From positions 1 to 59,210 of IMG/VR virus record IMGVR_UViG_3300025889_000132: a DNA stretch of 59,210 nt, one strand, 5' to 3'. A model generated the notes under the pieces. That model saw nothing but the letters and a program-made list of their open reading frames with translations. It was not told where the DNA came from and searched no databases. This document shows positions 54,779-59,210 of this stretch, piece after piece; position 1 is the first letter of the stretch, and each line of letters opens with the position of its first letter. Both the position numbers and the translations under genes were made by a program. The stretch is from a virus (Duplodnaviria; Caudoviricetes).

Positions 54779-56602
54779 TTAGTGAGTTTCAGCCCAGGTC
54801 TTACCGACCCGTGAATCGCCCTCAATTTTACAGCGGAACCCAAAAAATTCTTGGGCCTGAGGGAAAGCATTCATAGCTTGTTCACGAATGGCTTCTGTGT
54901 GTTTTGGATTGCACGCAATTTGAACTTCATCATGAACCATGAGAACTTGTTGCCAGTCTTGGTCATAGATCAAGCCAAGGTTTGTTGTGATGTTGTTGTG
55001 AATGTTGATCACAACTTGTTTCATCAGGATTGCACCAGCTGACTGAAGCAGGAGGTTTAAACCTTTGAAAGCAGAACGGCAGTGAAGCGTACGCCTGTCC
55101 AGTCCAATCAAGTAGTTACGAGATTGGATGGTGCTTTCAATTTCTTGTTTGAGTTTCTTCAGTGCTGGGACATTGTCCATAAACCCATTGATTGCATTGC
55201 GTCCAAGAATTGACAGACGCTTTGCATCTTTTTCATTGGGGTCGATGATGGTGCCAGCTTTGGTTGCACCGCAACCGTAGAGCATGCCATAAAGAAGACG
55301 TTTGCTGATGTCTCTCGTTTCAACACCAAACTGTTCTTGGTTGTAAGAGTGAATATCAACTTCAGGATTAACAACAAGAGATGCGTATTCTCCTTTATCC
55401 CAGAGTGCAAGATACCCCGCAAGACAACGCAACTCAAGAGCTTTGGCGTCAATGCCAATTAGATCCCAGCCTTGAGGAGCATGGAAAAGACTACGACATT
55501 CATGTCCATAAGGTGAATAACCAGCTGGAACTTGAGCCATGTTTGGATTACGATGGCTTGCTCTTCCGGTTATACAGCCGTTAGTAATTAGATCGCCATG
55601 GAGTTTAGCTTCATCAGTGTTAACAAGCTTGAGCCAAGCATTATTTCCGTCAGCAATTTGGCCAAGACGTTTCTTGACCAGCATGTATTCAGATAAAGGT
55701 TGAGCTTCAGGAAAGGGTAGCTTTTCTAGTACTTCGTCATCAAGGATTGGATTTCCTTTTTCAGTGCATTTCTCTGGCTCCCATCCGTACTTGTGTTTAA
55801 GTCGATCAACAATTTGTTGACGAGATCCAGGATTGAAATTCTCGACGCGTACTTTTTCAAAGGGAACACCCTTGACGTATCCTCGTTTAGCATTGTTTAC
55901 CTTAGGAGTGAACAGTTCTTTATGTTCAATAGGCGGAAATACTTGTTTTAATTTATACTCTAATTCTGTTTTCTTTGTTCGTAAATCATCCACGAGATCA
56001 AGAGCTGCATCCACATCAAAAGGAATACCTGATCTAACTTGTCTGTTAATCGCCAACGCAAATTGGTGCTCCAGACTGAGAGCTGACATTGGATAGTTTT
56101 GAGTTTGAATAAAATTAAAAAGCCTGGTTGTGACATGAACGTCTTGAATGCAGTAGTTAAGCATCTCTTCTGAGAACTCCGTGAAGTTCTCATAGTCAAT
56201 CTTGTGGTCGGCCAATCGCCATCCCCATGCCTTGAGAGAAGCAGAACCCCTGAGTTTCGCTGGAACCTGCGGATATTGTTCGCAGTCAAGTTCATAAAGA
56301 ACCTCTTTAGGCCAGATGAGTCTTGTGCATATAAGGGTATCGATGACTCGAAAGGAGCCATCGAAACCATACAGTTTTTTTAAGACTGGTAAGTCATAAA
56401 AGATTACATTGTGGCCAATGAGAACATCAGCGGTTGCCAGATGAGCAAGAGCATCGTCAATGCAATCAGGCCTATAACTAAAAGTTTGTTTGAGTTGTAC
56501 GTCATAAATAACAACACAGAAAGTAGTAGATGCTTCGTCAAATAACCCGTTGGTTTCAATGTCAAAGATCAACCAAGATTCACTTGCGGAATCGGGCTTC
56601 AT
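54779..56602 (-). CDS. polA: DNA polymerase family A (T7-like) with 3'-5' exonuclease
   Basis: ExoI FDIET; motif A DAKALELR; motif B RDISKRLLYGMLYG; motif C VHDE. Upstream ATG at 56641 also possible. Confidence 0.95.
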   Translation of the reverse strand: MKPDSASESWLIFDIETNGLFDEASTTFCVVIYDVQLKQTFSYRPDCIDDALAHLATADVLIGHNVIFYDLPVLKKLYGFDGSFRVIDTLICTRLIWPKEVLYELDCEQYPQVPAKLRGSASLKAWGWRLADHKIDYENFTEFSEEMLNYCIQDVHVTTRLFNFIQTQNYPMSALSLEHQFALAINRQVRSGIPFDVDAALDLVDDLRTKKTELEYKLKQVFPPIEHKELFTPKVNNAKRGYVKGVPFEKVRVENFNPGSRQQIVDRLKHKYGWEPEKCTEKGNPILDDEVLEKLPFPEAQPLSEYMLVKKRLGQIADGNNAWLKLVNTDEAKLHGDLITNGCITGRASHRNPNMAQVPAGYSPYGHECRSLFHAPQGWDLIGIDAKALELRCLAGYLALWDKGEYASLVVNPEVDIHSYNQEQFGVETRDISKRLLYGMLYGCGATKAGTIIDPNEKDAKRLSILGRNAINGFMDNVPALKKLKQEIESTIQSRNYLIGLDRRTLHCRSAFKGLNLLLQSAGAILMKQVVINIHNNITTNLGLIYDQDWQQVLMVHDEVQIACNPKHTEAIREQAMNAFPQAQEFFGFRCKIEGDSRVGKTWAETH

Positions 56603-56813
56603 CTTGAATTGAGAGTTCTTTACTGGCAAGCTCTGTGTCATTTTTATTAATCCAAGTCAAGACATGCTGCGCACCTGCACGATAAGGATGCGAGAAAATC
56701 TTGTTTAAAGATACATCAGAGTTTAAAGGAATGAGATCAAAACTGTTTGTTGTACTGTTTGCCGTCACGGCATGTGGGATGCCGTTTTGGAAACAGGCAA
56801 TAACGTAACTCAT
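56580..56813 (-). CDS. Hypothetical protein
   Basis: ATG ORF upstream of polA. Confidence 0.6.
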   Translation of the reverse strand: MSYVIACFQNGIPHAVTANSTTNSFDLIPLNSDVSLNKIFSHPYRAGAQHVLTWINKNDTELASKELSIQDEARFRK

Positions 56814-56870
56814 GAAAGAATAAGAAGTCGGATAAATACTACCCAACTTCTTATTTTGTGCAACTGTTAG

Positions 56871-57644
56871 TCAAGATTTTTTAGAAGATGTTCCGTAACC
56901 AACAAATCCGTTTTCTTTCTTGCGCTTTGCTATTGCCTGGCTGGCTTCTGATCCAGCACGTTGACTGCCATGGACTAGGAGAGCAAAAGGCTTCTCACCA
57001 AGGCAGTGGCTGTCGTCGTGGTCGATCTCGAGGCCGAGTTGCTGTGCCTGTTGTTCGGTATAGACAACATGAGACACACGCTTAAAGACATTGGGATGTG
57101 CACCAATGAGGTAATCAAGTGTCCCACCATGGGACGCAGTCAAGAAGAAGTTGTCAGGTATCTCATCTTGAAGCGATAGCCACATGCCAAGGGACTTGGT
57201 GTAGGCGTAGAACTTTTGATAAGGACGTTGCCTGGCGACCTCAATCCAAGCTTTCATGTAGTTCTCTGTCCAGAAATCACCAGACTCATGAATACGCACA
57301 AGGTTATTTGGTGGCATCAAGGTCAATGAGGTGTCAATGAGGGTTGCAACGTTTTCCACTTGATCGGATGCCCTGGATGTATTGAGTACTTCTTTAAGTA
57401 AGTTCCAATTGTGCCAGCGTGCATTGCGAACATTGGGTCTGACTTCTGACATGGCAGCAAAGCATCTGAACTCATGCTCAGCTGTAACGCCAGTCATCTG
57501 GGGCAGATCAGTGATGGCACCTGTGTTGCGGTCAGCAAAGGTCTTACAGACGCCAGCATGTGGGCAACTGTAGCCAGCAGGCAGCGAAAAGATCAGTCGG
57601 CCTTTGAGTTTGCCGTTGCTCCGAGAGAATTTGAGTGTTTGCAT
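56871..57644 (-). CDS. Gp88-like phage protein
   Basis: 'FSLPAGYSCP.AG.C...CFA', 'RIHESGDF', 'FYAYTKS'. Confidence 0.7.
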   Translation of the reverse strand: MQTLKFSRSNGKLKGRLIFSLPAGYSCPHAGVCKTFADRNTGAITDLPQMTGVTAEHEFRCFAAMSEVRPNVRNARWHNWNLLKEVLNTSRASDQVENVATLIDTSLTLMPPNNLVRIHESGDFWTENYMKAWIEVARQRPYQKFYAYTKSLGMWLSLQDEIPDNFFLTASHGGTLDYLIGAHPNVFKRVSHVVYTEQQAQQLGLEIDHDDSHCLGEKPFALLVHGSQRAGSEASQAIAKRKKENGFVGYGTSSKKS

Positions 57645-57783
57645 GGTGTGAAGTGGTGTTGAATGATAAGTAAAACTAATGGATAAGTTTAAGGACATTC
57701 CAGGTCCGCTGTTCTGTTACAGCATGAACGACTTCATATATAACAACAGGAATATAATTTCGGTAACAATAGATACCAAATCA

Positions 57784-57936
57784 ATGACTTTAACCTACAG
57801 AGGCTGCCGTTACGAGCAAAAGGAACAGGCCAAAGTGGATCGTGCCTGGTGGAACTTGGTCCACCGTCCCTGGAATGTGCTTGTGTACCGTAACAAGCGT
57901 TACTTTCCATACGTCACTGGAGGACAAATCAAATGA
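57784..57936 (+). CDS. DUF4278-like small protein
   Basis: 'MTLTYRGCRY...LVYRNKRY': two L.YR(G)..Y motifs. Confidence 0.65.
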   Translation: MTLTYRGCRYEQKEQAKVDRAWWNLVHRPWNVLVYRNKRYFPYVTGGQIK

Positions 57937-58049
57937 ACAAAGCACTGATCATTTATTTGGTCAATAAGAAAAAGAAAGTGGCACGTCAGGATATTGAATC
58001 CCAACGTGCATTAAAGGAATTAAAAAAACAAACGACTGCGTCCTTCTGA
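57933..58049 (+). CDS. 38-aa basic microprotein
   Basis: GGAGG RBS and ATGA coupling. Confidence 0.55.
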   Translation: MNKALIIYLVNKKKKVARQDIESQRALKELKKQTTASF

Positions 58050-58059
58050 TTCCCAGTCG

Positions 58060-58731
58060 TTAGCGCCCGAGCCATCCTGTTGATTTTTTGGGGAAGGCTG
58101 CTTCTCCGATAACAGGAAATTGATGACAGAAGATTTGTTTGATTCGTTCTGCGATTTCTCTGTGCTCGAGTTGGGTGGATTCGTCACAACGAACTTCAAG
58201 GTAGTGAATCCAGGATCGTAAGCTACCTTTCATGTACATGGTTGTTGGCGAGGCTACAGGAAGCACAAAACGTGCACATTCTTTAGCCACGCCAGCACTG
58301 ACCATCTCTTTATAGAGGTGTTCAGACTCTTCAAAGAGCTGGCTGATACGTCGGTAGTAACTGGCTACTTGGGTTGTACCAAGTGTTTCATGTAGATCAT
58401 CAGTGGAATTCTGACGATTCTTTTTGTCTTGCCTCCTGAGATGAGGTATGGGTGAGTTACCAAGTAGATCAACGCTTGCATAACGTTGACTGAATTCTTG
58501 GAAAGAAAAGCTCCTGTGCCTGAGTATTTGAGGTGAGATTGCACGTGTTGTGTTGATTTCAACACACATATCTGCCATTTCAAATGGCGACCAGTGTTTG
58601 TGCTCGATCAGATAACGGAGAAGCTTTGGTGCTGTCTCCATGTTGCGTTTGTTCTTTGGAGAAGAGACCCTTGCCATTTCGACAATCATCTCTTCTGCGT
58701 TTGGTGTGGTCCAAACAAGATCAACCTTCAT
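58060..58731 (-). CDS. thyX: Flavin-dependent thymidylate synthase
   Basis: HWSPFE; QILRHRSFSFQEFSQRY; ECARFVLP. Confidence 0.95.
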   Translation of the reverse strand: MKVDLVWTTPNAEEMIVEMARVSSPKNKRNMETAPKLLRYLIEHKHWSPFEMADMCVEINTTRAISPQILRHRSFSFQEFSQRYASVDLLGNSPIPHLRRQDKKNRQNSTDDLHETLGTTQVASYYRRISQLFEESEHLYKEMVSAGVAKECARFVLPVASPTTMYMKGSLRSWIHYLEVRCDESTQLEHREIAERIKQIFCHQFPVIGEAAFPKKSTGWLGR

Positions 58732-58733
58732 GA

Positions 58734-59030
58734 TCAAACTCCAGCCAGTCCGTATTCTCTTTTCAGGAGAGCTTCAAGTTCAGAAGCATGGCAGATGCGC
58801 ATCATTGAATGAGTAGCTGGAGACTTGAGGTGATCCCACTGAACTTTGACGTAAGGATCTTGAGCGATGATGAATGGAGCAAAAAGTTTTTGCATGGTCC
58901 AGCCTTCATTCAAACGTGTGAGATAACGTTTAACGGTAAAGGTAGACACACCTAAGTCTTTTGACAACTCAGAAATAGGAGTGCCATTTGCCCAGTTTGT
59001 TTGAGCAATGAGCAACTTCTCTGCTGTCAT
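58734..59030 (-). CDS. HTH-domain protein
   Basis: 'GTPISELSKDLGVSTFTVKRYL'. Confidence 0.65.
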   Translation of the reverse strand: MTAEKLLIAQTNWANGTPISELSKDLGVSTFTVKRYLTRLNEGWTMQKLFAPFIIAQDPYVKVQWDHLKSPATHSMMRICHASELEALLKREYGLAGV

Positions 59031-59210
59031 TGGAGTTTTGAGAATTGGATTGGTCTGCTTTTTGCTCTTGGTAAAGATCTCAATGATTGTTCCGTAGCGC
59101 TGAAAATTAATGTCAGCTACTCGTTTTCTACCTGCGGCAGTATTAGCTGCAGCACCAATAGGTTTAGGTCGTTCAGCAACACGATCACCAATGGAATAGG
59201 TGTTGTTCTT

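Overview
A 59 kb segment of a tailed dsDNA cyanophage genome, probably infecting Synechococcus/Cyanobium. The cyanobacterial link rests on hli, nblA-like, CP12-like, DUF4278-like and speD genes. Gene content recalls S-EIV1-like cyanophages, but that is from memory and not verified. Layout: (1) 1-15.5 kb, mostly + strand: head and virion genes (scaffold-like, major capsid protein, adaptors, internal proteins), a degenerate integrase/Xis-like pair, HNH, lysozyme-like and NblA-like genes. (2) 14.4-18 kb, - strand: dcd, Dam-like and HTH genes. (3) 18.4-30.7 kb: Ser/Thr-Gly-rich fibre cluster including a 1780-aa receptor-binding protein, M15 endolysin and a holin-like gene. (4) 30.7-39 kb, - strand: homing-endonuclease-like genes, GT4, SpeD, primase-helicase and exonuclease. 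(5) 39-46.5 kb, + strand accessory island: hli, GT2, epimerase, DdhC/RfbH, an ADP-ribosyltransferase between two halves of a split DUF5872-like gene, and tRNA-Thr. (6) 46.5-59 kb, mostly - strand: Dps, gp157, SSB, PolA, gp88-like and ThyX. No terminase large subunit or portal was recognised in the window. Main leads: a possible virion O-glycosylation system, the ART cassette, an unannotated CP12-like microprotein, two NblA-like genes, a duplicated leader RNA upstream of ssDNA-binding genes, and several enzymes with altered catalytic motifs. All calls come from motif recognition by eye; no searches were run.
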